Shown here piece after piece: positions 28,641 through 38,667 of a DNA stretch of 64,000 bases. A model generated the notes under the pieces. It was not told the origin of the DNA, searched no databases, and saw only the letters and a list, made by a program, of their open reading frames with translations. A program made the position numbers and the translations under genes. Source of the stretch: Methanobacteriota archaeon (lineage in GTDB: Archaea > JAADCQ01 > Methanopyri > Methanopyrales > Methanopyraceae); the NCBI GenBank assembly GCA_027064425.1, contig JAMOPO010000015.1:365959-429958 (forward strand). The letters are read 5' to 3'. Within the stretch, counting starts at the first letter, position 1. The number at the start of each line of letters is the position of its first letter.

Positions 28641-29324
28641 TTGGGCGCGCCGAGGAGCCTGGAGGAGTGGGAGCCGAAGACGAAGCTGGGTCGGATGGTG
28701 AAGGAGGGCGAGATCAAGTCCATCGATGAGGTGCTCGCGCAGGGCTGGCGGATCCTGGAACCGGAGATCGTCGACTGGCTGCTGCCGGACCTGGAGGAGG
28801 AGGTCCTGGACGTCAACATGGTCCAGAAGATGCACAAGTCCGGTCGGCGAGTCCGGTTCCGCGTGACCGTCGTGGTCGGCAACCGCGACGGCTACGTCGG
28901 CGTGGGTCAGGGTAAGGCCCGGGAGGTGGGTCCGGCGATCCGGGCCGCGATCGACCGGGCCAAGCTGAACATCATCAAGGTGCGGCGCGGTTGCGGCAGC
29001 TGGGAGTGCGGCTGCGGCCGACCGCACTCCGTGCCGTTCGAGGTTACGGGCAAGTGCGGCAGCGTCCGGATCACGCTGAAGCCGGCCCCGCGGGGCACGG
29101 GCCTGGTGGCGGGTGAGGCGGCGCAGAAGGTGCTCGAGATGGCGGGCATTGAGGACGTCTGGACGAAGACCACGGGCGGCAAGGGCAAGGGTGAGACGCG
29201 GACGACGATCAACTTCGCGAAGGCCACGTTCGACGCGCTGCGGAACCTGATCTACATGCGGATGCGGCCCGAGGAGGCGGAGCGGCTGGGCATCGTGAGC
29301 GGCCGCGCCGAGGAGGGGGCGTAG
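28641..29324 (+). CDS. rps5: 30S ribosomal protein S5
   Basis: [22 protein letters not shown]. Confidence 0.97.
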   Translation: MGAPRSLEEWEPKTKLGRMVKEGEIKSIDEVLAQGWRILEPEIVDWLLPDLEEEVLDVNMVQKMHKSGRRVRFRVTVVVGNRDGYVGVGQGKAREVGPAIRAAIDRAKLNIIKVRRGCGSWECGCGRPHSVPFEVTGKCGSVRITLKPAPRGTGLVAGEAAQKVLEMAGIEDVWTKTTGGKGKGETRTTINFAKATFDALRNLIYMRMRPEEAERLGIVSGRAEEGA

Positions 29325-29327
29325 GCC

Positions 29328-29921
29328 TTGGTCGCCACCGGCAAGCTCGACCTGAAGCACGAGACCGCGAGCGAGGCGGCGAAGAAGCGCGCGAAGACGG
29401 GAGAGGGCGTCAAGGTCAGCCCGGACGCCCGGGAGTACGAGCGTGCCACCAAGCGCCTCGCGGTGGTCCGGGTGCGCGGCCGGGTCGGCGTCCGGTACGA
29501 CATCGAGGACACCATGAAGATGCTCAAGCTGCTGCGGCGGAACTGGTGCGTGCTCATCGACGACCGGCCCAGCTACCTGGGCATGCTGCAGAAGATCAAG
29601 GACTACGTGACCTGGGGCGAGGTCAAGCCGGAGGTCGTGGCCGAGCTGCTCCGGAAGCGGGGTGAGCTGGAGGGCGGCAAGCCCGTGACCGACGAGTACA
29701 TCGCCGAGCACACGGACTACGACAGCATCGACGAGTTCGCGGAGGCGTACTGCAACTTCGAGGCGGAGCTGGACGACATCCCGAAGCTGAAGCCGTTCTT
29801 CCGCCTGCACCCACCGCGCGGCGGCTACGAGCGCGGCGGGATCAAGAAGCCGTTCGTGCTGGGCGGTGCACTGGGCTACCGCGGCGAGCACATCAACGAC
29901 CTGCTGATGAGGATGATCTGA
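29328..29921 (+). CDS. rpl30: 50S ribosomal protein L30 (N-terminally extended)
   Basis: [23 protein letters not shown]. Confidence 0.95.
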   Translation: MVATGKLDLKHETASEAAKKRAKTGEGVKVSPDAREYERATKRLAVVRVRGRVGVRYDIEDTMKMLKLLRRNWCVLIDDRPSYLGMLQKIKDYVTWGEVKPEVVAELLRKRGELEGGKPVTDEYIAEHTDYDSIDEFAEAYCNFEAELDDIPKLKPFFRLHPPRGGYERGGIKKPFVLGGALGYRGEHINDLLMRMI

Positions 29922-29934
29922 GGGGGTCCCGGTC

Positions 29935-30447
29935 TTGGTCGTCCGCCGGAAGAAGAAGTCGCCGAAGAAGTACCGCGGGTCGCGCACGCACGGTGGCGGT
30001 CACCACCGGAAGCGGAGCGGTGCCGGTAACCGCGGCGGCCGCGGAATGGCGGGCTCACACAAGCACAAGTGGTTCCACGTGATCAAGTACATGCCCGACC
30101 ACTTCGGCAAGCGTGGCTTCAACCGGCCGCAGAAGGTCGTCGAGGAGCCCAACCCGATCAACGTCGGCGACCTGGACGCCCTGGCGGACAAGCTGCTCGA
30201 GGAGGGCATCGCCGAGAAGGAGGACGACAAGATCGTCATCGACGTCACCGACGAGCGGTTGAAGAAGTTCGGCGGCCCGTTCGACAAGGTGCTCGGCGGA
30301 GGGCAGGTCAAGCGGCCCCTGGTCGTGAAGGCACCGCAGTTCACGGACCGGGCCGTGGAGAAGCTGGAAGAGGCCGGCGGTGAAGCGGTGGAGATCGAGG
30401 CCGAGGAAGCGAGCGGTGAGGAGGAGGCTGAGGCCGCCGAGGCGTAG
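29935..30447 (+). CDS. rpl15: 50S ribosomal protein L15
   Basis: [22 protein letters not shown]. Confidence 0.96.
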   Translation: MVVRRKKKSPKKYRGSRTHGGGHHRKRSGAGNRGGRGMAGSHKHKWFHVIKYMPDHFGKRGFNRPQKVVEEPNPINVGDLDALADKLLEEGIAEKEDDKIVIDVTDERLKKFGGPFDKVLGGGQVKRPLVVKAPQFTDRAVEKLEEAGGEAVEIEAEEASGEEEAEAAEA

Positions 30448-30538
30448 GCCCGGGACCTCTTCAGGCCGCCGCATCATTTTTTCAGCAAAACCGTTCCGCG
30501 CGCTCACCACCTTAAAACCCGGGTCAGGGTGGTGAGCG

Positions 30539-31915
30539 TTGGCGGAGGAGTGGCTGGAGCGGCTCAAGCCGATCCTGGAGCGGCTACCGGAGGTCAAGAC
30601 CCCGGACCGGCACGTTCCGTTCAACGAGAAGCTGTTCAAGTACACCGGACTCCCGCTCCTGGCCTACTTCATCCTGTGCGAGATCCCGCTCTACGGCATG
30701 TCCCCGCAGGCCGTGGACTACTTCGCGAACCTGCGCGCCGTCCTGGCGGGCAGCTTCGGGTCCATCCTCACGCTCGGAATCGGTCCGATCGTGACCGCGT
30801 CCATTCTCCTGCAGCTCCTCGTCGGAGGAGACATCATCAAGCTCGACCTCACGGACCCCGAGGATCGGCGCACGTTCCAGGCCCTGCAGAAGTTCCTGGC
30901 CATCCTGCTCTGCTTCTTTGAGGGTGCCATGATGGTGTTCAGCGGCGCCGTGCCACCGGCCGAGCCCAGCCTGCTGCTCGAGATTCTGCTCGTCCTGCAG
31001 CTCGCGCTCGGCGGCATCCTGGTGATCTACCTGGATGAGGTCGTGAGCAAGTGGGGCATCGGCTCCGGAGTCGGCCTGTTCATCGTTGCGGGCGTGGCCT
31101 CACAGATCATCATCGGAGCGTTCAACCCGCTGCCCAGTCCCGAGCAGCCGGGGCGGCCCGCGGGCGCCGTGTGGGCCTTCCTCACGACCGCGCTGCAGGG
31201 AACGCCCGACTGGACGCTCCTGGCCCCCGTGCTGGGAGCGCTAATCACGTTCCTCGTCGTGCTGTACGTCGAGGGGATGAGGGTCGAGATCCCCATCGCC
31301 TTCTCCGGCATCCGAGGCGCGCGGGGTCGATTTCCGGTCCGGCTGCTCTACACGTCCAACATCCCGGTGATCCTGGCGACGGCGCTGTTCATGAACGTCC
31401 GGCTCTGGGCGCTCGCCTTCCAGCGGATGGGCGTCCCCATCCTCGGCAAGCTGGACCCGCGCGGTCAGCCGATCTCCGGGCTGGTTTACTACCTCTCACC
31501 ACCCAACAGCATAGTCAAGACGCTCTCCGACCCGCTGCAGGCGCTGGGCTACACGATCGCGATGGTCGTCACCTCCGTGTTCTTCGCCATCCTGTGGGTC
31601 GAGCTGACGGGCATGGGCCCGAAGGACGTCGCGCGGCAGCTGCACCGGGCCGGGCTGCACATCCCGGGCTTCCGGCGGGACGTTAGGGTGCTGGAGAGGC
31701 GGCTCCGGCGGTACATTTACCCCGTGACGGTGCTGGGCGGCGCCTTCGTCGGCCTCCTGGCGGCGGGCGCGGACCTGTTGGGCGCGCTGGGCGGCGGCAC
31801 GGGCGTCCTGCTGACGGTCTCAATACTTTACAACATGTACGAGGAGATCAAGCAGGAGCGGCTGATGGAGGCCCACCCGGTGGTGAGGAAGTTCCTAGAG
31901 CGGGCGCTGCGGTAG
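30539..31915 (+). CDS. secY: Protein translocase SecY
   Basis: LGIGPIVTASI, WGIGSGVGLFI, YTSNIP. Confidence 0.97.
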   Translation: MAEEWLERLKPILERLPEVKTPDRHVPFNEKLFKYTGLPLLAYFILCEIPLYGMSPQAVDYFANLRAVLAGSFGSILTLGIGPIVTASILLQLLVGGDIIKLDLTDPEDRRTFQALQKFLAILLCFFEGAMMVFSGAVPPAEPSLLLEILLVLQLALGGILVIYLDEVVSKWGIGSGVGLFIVAGVASQIIIGAFNPLPSPEQPGRPAGAVWAFLTTALQGTPDWTLLAPVLGALITFLVVLYVEGMRVEIPIAFSGIRGARGRFPVRLLYTSNIPVILATALFMNVRLWALAFQRMGVPILGKLDPRGQPISGLVYYLSPPNSIVKTLSDPLQALGYTIAMVVTSVFFAILWVELTGMGPKDVARQLHRAGLHIPGFRRDVRVLERRLRRYIYPVTVLGGAFVGLLAAGADLLGALGGGTGVLLTVSILYNMYEEIKQERLMEAHPVVRKFLERALR

Positions 31916-32503
<588 letters not shown>

Positions 32504-32506
32504 GGA

Positions 32507-33049
32507 GTGGTCACCGTGGACTGGGGGCACCTCGCCCGCTACTTCTACCCACTCGTGGACCCCTTCATCCGGTGCTTCGGGCCCGCTCTGGGCATGCTCG
32601 TCGCGGCCGCCATCGTCGTGTTCTTCATCGACATGGTGTACGAGCTCATCATTGGTAGGGAGGAGCTGGAGCGCATCCAGTCCACCTTCAACAAGGTTAA
32701 AGAGTACCAAAAGGAGCTCGAGAAGGCCAAGATCCTGGGTGACTTCGAGCGGGTCCGCGAGCTGGAGGAGAAGATCCGGGACCACGCGCAGGAGACGTTC
32801 GAGATCCAGTCCAAGGTCATGATGAAGCACCTTAAGGCCATGCTCATCACGTTCCCGCCGATTATCGTGATCATCTACACGCTCGAGTATCGACTGGCCC
32901 ACTGGACGCTCAAGCTGCCCTTCCACGCCCCGCTCGTGGGGAACGAGATCGGGCCCGTGGGCTGGTACATCCTGTGCGCCACCGCCGTCTCCGTCCCCCT
33001 CAAGCCTTTAGCCGAGCTGCTGGCGACCAAGGTGCGCGGGGGTGAGTAG
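32507..33049 (+). CDS. EMC3/TMCO1 (DUF106) Oxa1-superfamily membrane protein
   Basis: TM-coiled coil-TM topology, GWYIL, conserved position after adk. Confidence 0.85.
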   Translation: MVTVDWGHLARYFYPLVDPFIRCFGPALGMLVAAAIVVFFIDMVYELIIGREELERIQSTFNKVKEYQKELEKAKILGDFERVRELEEKIRDHAQETFEIQSKVMMKHLKAMLITFPPIIVIIYTLEYRLAHWTLKLPFHAPLVGNEIGPVGWYILCATAVSVPLKPLAELLATKVRGGE

Positions 33050-33052
33050 CGC

Positions 33053-33418
33053 ATGCCCGAGCCACGCTATCGGTCCCGATCCCGTCGGCGCGTGTACAAG
33101 CGGACGCCGGGCGGCCGGACGGTGATCCACTTCGAGAAGAAGATCCCGAACTGGCCCAAGTGCGGCGCCTGCGGTCGGCGGCTGAACGGCGTGATCCGGG
33201 GCCGCAACATCGACTTCAGGAAGACGCCGAAGACGCAGAAGCGGCCCAACAGGCCCTACGGCGGCGTGCTCTGCCCGGAGTGCATGCGGAAGTTGATCAA
33301 GGACAAGGTCCGGTACAAGTTCTGGAAGCAGAAGCGCGAGCAGCCGTGGCTGCCGCCACTGCCCGGTGAGGAACCGCCCGAGCCGGCCGAAGAGTCGGGA
33401 GAGGAGGAGTCCGAGTAA
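33053..33418 (+). CDS. rpl34e: 50S ribosomal protein L34e
   Basis: [19 protein letters not shown]. Confidence 0.96.
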   Translation: MPEPRYRSRSRRRVYKRTPGGRTVIHFEKKIPNWPKCGACGRRLNGVIRGRNIDFRKTPKTQKRPNRPYGGVLCPECMRKLIKDKVRYKFWKQKREQPWLPPLPGEEPPEPAEESGEEESE

Positions 33419-33434
33419 GCCGGGGTGTTTCCCG

Positions 33435-34007
33435 ATCGGCGTCGTCATCACCATCGGCGGTCCGCCGGGCTCCGGCACCACCACCATGGCCCGCCGCCTC
33501 TCCAAGCACTTCGGCCTCAAGCACGTCTACGCCGGCAAGATCTTCCGCGAGATGGCCGAAGAGCGCGGGATGACGCTCGAGGAGTTCTCCAAGCTCGCCG
33601 AGGAGAACCACGAGATCGACCTGGAGGTCGACCGGAGGCAGCGCGAAGCCGCCGAGGAGGGCGGCGTCGTCCTCGAGGGGCGCCTCGCCGCCTTCGTCGC
33701 CGCCGGCGAGCTCGAGCACGTTAAGGGACCGGACCTCGCCGACCTCAAGATCTGGCTGAAGGCACCGCTGGACGTCCGGGCGGAACGCATCGCGCGCCGG
33801 GAGAACATCCCGGTGGAGGAGGCCAAGCGCCGGATCAGCGAGCGCGAGAGGAGCGAGCTCAAGCGGTACCGGGAGATCTACGGCGTCGACCCCACGGACC
33901 TCTCGATCTACGACATCGTCGTGGATACGTCCCGCTGGGACGAGGACGAGACGTTCGAGATACTCAAGGCGGCCGTGGAACCAGTGGTGGAGCGGGATCG
34001 ATCATGA
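33435..34007 (+). CDS. cmk: Cytidylate kinase (probable ATC start)
   Basis: ITIGGPPGSGTTT, LEGRLA. Confidence 0.92.
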   Translation: MGVVITIGGPPGSGTTTMARRLSKHFGLKHVYAGKIFREMAEERGMTLEEFSKLAEENHEIDLEVDRRQREAAEEGGVVLEGRLAAFVAAGELEHVKGPDLADLKIWLKAPLDVRAERIARRENIPVEEAKRRISERERSELKRYREIYGVDPTDLSIYDIVVDTSRWDEDETFEILKAAVEPVVERDRS

Positions 34008-34771
34008 AGGTGGGCGTGATCGGAGGGACCGGGTTCCGTCCCGGCCATCCCGAGGGCACCCGCACGGTCAACACCCCTTACGGCCGCGTCCGGGTCGAGA
34101 TCACCCGGCTGGGCGATCGCCGAATCTACTTCATCAACAGGCACGGCCGCGGCCACACCCAGCCACCGCACCGCATCGAGTACCGGGCCATTATCTGGGC
34201 GATGAGGGAGGTCGGCGTCGAGCGAATCCTCGCCACCAACTCGGTCGGCGTGATCAACGCGGACGAGTATGAGCCCGGCGATTTAGTCCTCCCCGTCGAC
34301 TTCTTGGACTTCACCAAGAACCGCCCCACGACCTTCTACGACGATAAGGTCGTGCACGTGGACGTGACCGAGCCCTACTGCCCGGAGCTCCGGCGGGCGA
34401 TCAAGGAGGCGGCCGACGAGCTCGGGATCGAGGTCAAGGAGGGAGCGGTGTACGTAGCGACCGAGGGCCCCCGGTTCGAGACGCCCGCCGAGATCCGCGC
34501 CTTCGCCAAGCTCGGCGGCGATATAGTGGGGATGACGGGATTCCCGGAGGTCGTGCTCGCCCGGGAGCTCGAGCTGTGCTACGCGACCGTCTGCATCTGC
34601 ACCAACTACGCTGCCGGGGTGGACGAGCGGCGCAGGACCGTGGACGAGGTGTTCGAGCTGGTCGAGCGCGTGCGGCCTAAGGTGGTGGAGCTGATCGAGA
34701 CCGCGATCGACCACGTCCCCGACGAGCGGAACTGTCCCTGCGCCCGCGCGCTGGAGGGTGCCGAGGTATGA
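34004..34771 (+). CDS. Methylthioadenosine/methylthioinosine phosphorylase
   Basis: GVIGGTG, RHG, EGPRFETPAE, VGMT, TNYAAG. Confidence 0.92.
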   Translation: MKVGVIGGTGFRPGHPEGTRTVNTPYGRVRVEITRLGDRRIYFINRHGRGHTQPPHRIEYRAIIWAMREVGVERILATNSVGVINADEYEPGDLVLPVDFLDFTKNRPTTFYDDKVVHVDVTEPYCPELRRAIKEAADELGIEVKEGAVYVATEGPRFETPAEIRAFAKLGGDIVGMTGFPEVVLARELELCYATVCICTNYAAGVDERRRTVDEVFELVERVRPKVVELIETAIDHVPDERNCPCARALEGAEV

Positions 34772-35040
34772 GCGAGGAGAGGCCCGAGGAGCAGCTCGAG
34801 TCGCTGAAGCTGATCCCGGAGGACTACAAGGTCCGCCCACTGGCGCTCCGATACCTGAAGCGGCTGGAGGACGACTACCCCGACATCCTGGAGGACGTCG
34901 TCAAGGAGGCGCTGAGGATCGCCAAGGAAGAGGGACACCACGAGGTCAGGGCCGAGACGTTGAGGAAGGCGTACGCCAAGGTGAAAGGGATTAGCCTGAA
35001 GGAGGCCAAGCGGGAGTTCTTCCCGAAAGCGCTTAAGTAG
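34768..35040 (+). CDS. Small helical protein (histone-fold/AAA-lid-like)
   Basis: 90 aa, overlapping ATGA start; A..IA..EG...V..E.L..A pattern. Confidence 0.7.
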   Translation: MSEERPEEQLESLKLIPEDYKVRPLALRYLKRLEDDYPDILEDVVKEALRIAKEEGHHEVRAETLRKAYAKVKGISLKEAKREFFPKALK

Positions 35041-35058
35041 GCGGGCGCCGGGCCGTCC

Positions 35059-35212
35059 ACCGGCCCGGGATTCGGCGGCCCGCCGGAGAACGATGACGGC
35101 GGGCGGAACCCGCCCGGTACATCCAGCCGGCGGGGCGGAGGCGGCCGGTCATACCGGCCGACCGTGACCGCCCCGTCCTTTGGGCCGGGCACAGCCCGGT
35201 CCTCACGCTGAT
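35059..35212 (+). ncRNA. H/ACA sRNA with two motifs and a trailing CTGA
   Basis: GCCCGCCG/CGGCGGGC stem with GA..GATGA K-loop and ACA at 35119; second stem CGGGGCGG/CCGCCCCG with ACA at 35191; both have 14-15 nt spacing. Confidence 0.72.
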
Positions 35213-35224
35213 TCTGCCGGATCC

Positions 35225-35551
35225 TCAAAACGTGAGCAGGTCCGCCGCGTCCTCTAGCTCCTCTCGGCACTCATCGCACGCCACCCGGCCGGTCACGCTC
35301 ACCACGTCGTACCCAGACGGTGCCAGCCGGGCGTAGTACACGTTCGGCTTGTCCTCCAGGATCCTCCTGGCGGCCGACCTCACCAGCTCCTTGATCTTAG
35401 GCCCGAACACTTCCACGTCCTCCTTGACCAGGTTCCTGGTCTCCAGCGAGACGCCGACGCACCCGCAGGGCATCGCGAAGACCGTCAGCTGGAGCACCCC
35501 GACGGGCTTCCCCAGCAGGCTCGACAGGTTGGACTCGACCTGCTTCCGCAC
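35225..35551 (-). CDS. Small Cys-containing hypothetical protein
   Basis: MPCGCVG and CDEC; translationally coupled to the U32 gene. Confidence 0.7.
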   Translation of the reverse strand: MRKQVESNLSSLLGKPVGVLQLTVFAMPCGCVGVSLETRNLVKEDVEVFGPKIKELVRSAARRILEDKPNVYYARLAPSGYDVVSVTGRVACDECREELEDAADLLTF

Positions 35552-35552
35552 C

Positions 35553-36569
35553 TTAACCAGACTCGACGGACGCAGCCCGGGCGGCATCGGCCAGTCCGCC
35601 CCGGAACCTTACGGCTCGTTCGGCCACCTCCTCGCAGAACCCGCACTCCGAGCACCGCTGGTCGCATCGACCCGCGCGCTCCAGCAGCCCGTCCAGCTCC
35701 CCGTTGTCCAGGTAGATCAGGTGCCGGAGCGTCGTCGGACAGTCCAGGATGTCGAGCAGGTTCCCGTCGTACTCGCGCCGGAGGTACGCCTCCACCGCGC
35801 GCTTGATCCATCGGATCGAGTTCGCCCTGCCCGCGATCTTGAACGTCTCCACGCCCAGCCTCCGGTACTCGTCCAGGTCCTCCGGTCGCACGAAGGGCTG
35901 CTGGACGAGCAGCACCGGGTTGTTCACGCGCTCCGAGACGCACCGGACGTAGTACGAGTCCTCGGTGACGCCCGCCCCGGCCCTGGTCGCGTGGGAGAAC
36001 AGGCAGAAGTGGTACGGCCGGTAGGGGCAGTCCGGCAGGCAGCCCTCGTTCACGATGACTCGAAGCCGGGCGGAGACCTCGCTCGCGATGGCCTCAATCA
36101 CGTCCAGTCGCCGGTTAACGTTCGTGTCCAGGGTGATCTCGTCCACGCCCAGCTCGTCGTAGTACCGGGCCCGCTGGGGTGTGTTCACCTCCGAGATGCA
36201 TGAAACGGACACGCGGAACCCGCGCTCGACGGCGCGCTGGATCAGGAGCGGGTCCGACAGCACGAGACGCTCCACGCCGACGTCGTCGAGCTCGGAGAGC
36301 GTGCGCTCGAACTCCGAGAACCCGTCCCTGCTGGAGATTACCTCGGCCGTGCAGAGCGGGTTCATCACGACCTCCAGGTCGACGTCGTGCGAGTCGCACG
36401 TCTCGGCCACGGTCTCGACCGTGTCCACGTCCACTTGGACGACGGTCGCCCGGCCGGTGCCCAGGCTGGGGAGGCCCATGTAGACTCGGGTGACCTCGGA
36501 CTCGTCGGAGAACCAGCCCAGGAGACGCTCGGTGGCGTCAGGGTCGCCCGGGGTGGGGATCGAGAACAC
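35553..36569 (-). CDS. Peptidase U32 family Fe-S protein
   Basis: NEGCLPDCPYR..H, C, FVRPEDL, FKIAGR. Confidence 0.85.
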   Translation of the reverse strand: MFSIPTPGDPDATERLLGWFSDESEVTRVYMGLPSLGTGRATVVQVDVDTVETVAETCDSHDVDLEVVMNPLCTAEVISSRDGFSEFERTLSELDDVGVERLVLSDPLLIQRAVERGFRVSVSCISEVNTPQRARYYDELGVDEITLDTNVNRRLDVIEAIASEVSARLRVIVNEGCLPDCPYRPYHFCLFSHATRAGAGVTEDSYYVRCVSERVNNPVLLVQQPFVRPEDLDEYRRLGVETFKIAGRANSIRWIKRAVEAYLRREYDGNLLDILDCPTTLRHLIYLDNGELDGLLERAGRCDQRCSECGFCEEVAERAVRFRGGLADAARAASVESG

Positions 36570-36658
36570 GAGGTGCCCCTCGTGCGCCGGTGGGTGGCGA
36601 AACGTTCAAGTGGGCTGTTTGTTTCCGGAAACGGGTCTTGGTATCAACAAGTGAGTCT

Positions 36659-37135
36659 TCACTCCGCTTCCCTCATACCCAGCCGCTCGAGCGCCCGCCG
36701 GACCTCCCGTTTCATCGCCTCGCGGACGGGCAGCCCGTGCAGCACGTGGGGAGGAGAGAGGGCGGCCGTCAGGATCCGGCACCGGTCGTCCACGAAGACG
36801 GTCATCGCTCCGGAGCCCGGGGCGCCGAGGCGGCCCCGCGCGATCACGACGTCGGCGTCCGAGGTTTGGACGCCCAGCAGAGCCTTGAAGAGGGCGGGGC
36901 ATGGGGTCGCGTCCGCCATCTCGGTGGGCACCTTGTGCATCTCCGCCTCCGGGAGCCCGAAGGCGCTCAGGACCTCGTTAACCGCCTCGAGCTTCTCCCG
37001 GTTGGAGGTGACCACGGCGATCCGGGCGGACCGCAGCCGCTCGCGGATGGCTCGGACCTCCTCCTCACGGTCACCCCGCCGGCGGCCCTCGCTCGACTCC
37101 CGGACGGCGCGGAGCAAGAGCTCGCCGAGGCTCAA
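36659..37135 (-). CDS. hcgB: FeGP cofactor guanylyltransferase HcgB
   Basis: RRGDREEE, ARGRLGAPGSG, ALSPPH. Confidence 0.9.
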   Translation of the reverse strand: MSLGELLLRAVRESSEGRRRGDREEEVRAIRERLRSARIAVVTSNREKLEAVNEVLSAFGLPEAEMHKVPTEMADATPCPALFKALLGVQTSDADVVIARGRLGAPGSGAMTVFVDDRCRILTAALSPPHVLHGLPVREAMKREVRRALERLGMREAE

Positions 37136-38667
37136 CAGACCGGCTTGGCCCCCGTCTTCTCCGCGAGCGCCCGCGCCACCCCGGGCATCACCGCGGTCAC
37201 CAGGGCCTCGTCCGCCTCCTCCACGGCCCGCTTGTCGTCACCCATCATCCCGTGCACGGTCGCGTCCAGCTCCTCGTTGAGCAGCCTCACCGTGACTCGC
37301 TCCACCCACGCGTCCGGGTCGCTGATGAGGATCTCCGAGACTCCGGCCTCGTCCAGCGCCTTGGCGAGTCCCCAGGCCGGGAACCGGCCGCCCAGGAGGG
37401 CCACCGTCTCTCCCTCCACCTCCCGGGCGATCTCCTCCACGCTCCTGACCTCGGACTCAAGCTCCCGGGCCCGGCCGGATCGCAGGGCGGCGACCCAGTG
37501 AGCGTCGCCGATGGGGATGCCGGCAACGTCGTTCGGGTAGAGCAGCTCCTCACCGAGCATCAGGGAGGCGCGAACGATGCCGTCAAGCTCCTCCCAGCCG
37601 GCCGGGACGCTGGTCTGACCGTACCGGCGCCCGAAGACGCGCCGCATGATCGCGAAGACCTTGGGCAGGCCGAAGTTACCTCGGCGAGCGGTGCCGGGCT
37701 CGTAACCGACCATGTACCCGTGATGATTCTTCGGGAACCCGGACAGGGCCCCGTTCAGCCCCGCCTGCAGGCCCGCGACGAGCTCGTCCTCGTAGGCCCC
37801 GTTCGTGATCACCACCTTGCCCGGGACGAGGATCCTGGCGGCGACAACGGCCCTCCGGAAGGCCGTCAGACGGTCGTCGGCGCGGTTGAAGGGTCCTCCC
37901 TCGATGGCGAGGTAGTCGACCTCCAGCTCCTCGATCGCCGCGCGGAGCCCGTCCGCCAGGTCGTCCTCGCCGTCGCCCACGTGCAGAATGGCGCCGGTGC
38001 CGGCCCCGACCTCCCGCGCCGTCTCCACCACCTCCCGCATCTCCTCGAGCGGGGCGGCGTGCCCCTCCGCGTCCTGGCCGCCCTCCCCCGTGACGTTGAC
38101 GCACACGGAGGAGGCGACCTCGAGCCACTCACGCAGCTCTTCCTCCTGCTCGCGCTCCTTATCCAGCAGCCGGCGGTGGATCCGGCCGCGGGGGCACTCC
38201 TTGAAGGGCGGTCCCTGAAGGTAGCACGTGCCCTCGCACGCGGTGATGTCCTTGGGGAACCGCATCGGACCGTTCGCGCCGATGTGGTCCACGTCGACGG
38301 GCACTCGGACGCTGTTCACGAGGCGGCGGAAGAGCTCGATCGGCCGCATACCCTCGCGCTCGGCGGCGTCGGCCACGGCGTAGGCGCACACGTGCAGGCA
38401 CATGCCCATGCGGTCGGTCAGCTCGGCGTTCGCCAGAATGGTGTCCGGGCTGTAGTCGGAGGCGCACGGACCCACGGCGATCTCGATCAGGTCGCAGCCG
38501 ATCGGGAAGGTACGGAGGTTGTCCCCGAGCGCCTCCAGCTCGCGGTCCGAGAGCTCGCATAGGTCCGTCACGAGCTCGTCCACGTCGATCTTGCCCTCGT
38601 AGGCCATCCGCTTCAGCTCGAGTGCTGCATCGAGAGACTCGCACGCCTCTCTAAGCAGGTCAAGCAA
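37132..38667 (-). CDS. hcgG: FeGP cofactor biosynthesis protein HcgG
   Basis: RTFPIGCDL, GPMRFP, GFPKNHHGYM. Confidence 0.9.
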   Translation of the reverse strand: MLDLLREACESLDAALELKRMAYEGKIDVDELVTDLCELSDRELEALGDNLRTFPIGCDLIEIAVGPCASDYSPDTILANAELTDRMGMCLHVCAYAVADAAEREGMRPIELFRRLVNSVRVPVDVDHIGANGPMRFPKDITACEGTCYLQGPPFKECPRGRIHRRLLDKEREQEEELREWLEVASSVCVNVTGEGGQDAEGHAAPLEEMREVVETAREVGAGTGAILHVGDGEDDLADGLRAAIEELEVDYLAIEGGPFNRADDRLTAFRRAVVAARILVPGKVVITNGAYEDELVAGLQAGLNGALSGFPKNHHGYMVGYEPGTARRGNFGLPKVFAIMRRVFGRRYGQTSVPAGWEELDGIVRASLMLGEELLYPNDVAGIPIGDAHWVAALRSGRARELESEVRSVEEIAREVEGETVALLGGRFPAWGLAKALDEAGVSEILISDPDAWVERVTVRLLNEELDATVHGMMGDDKRAVEEADEALVTAVMPGVARALAEKTGAKPVC

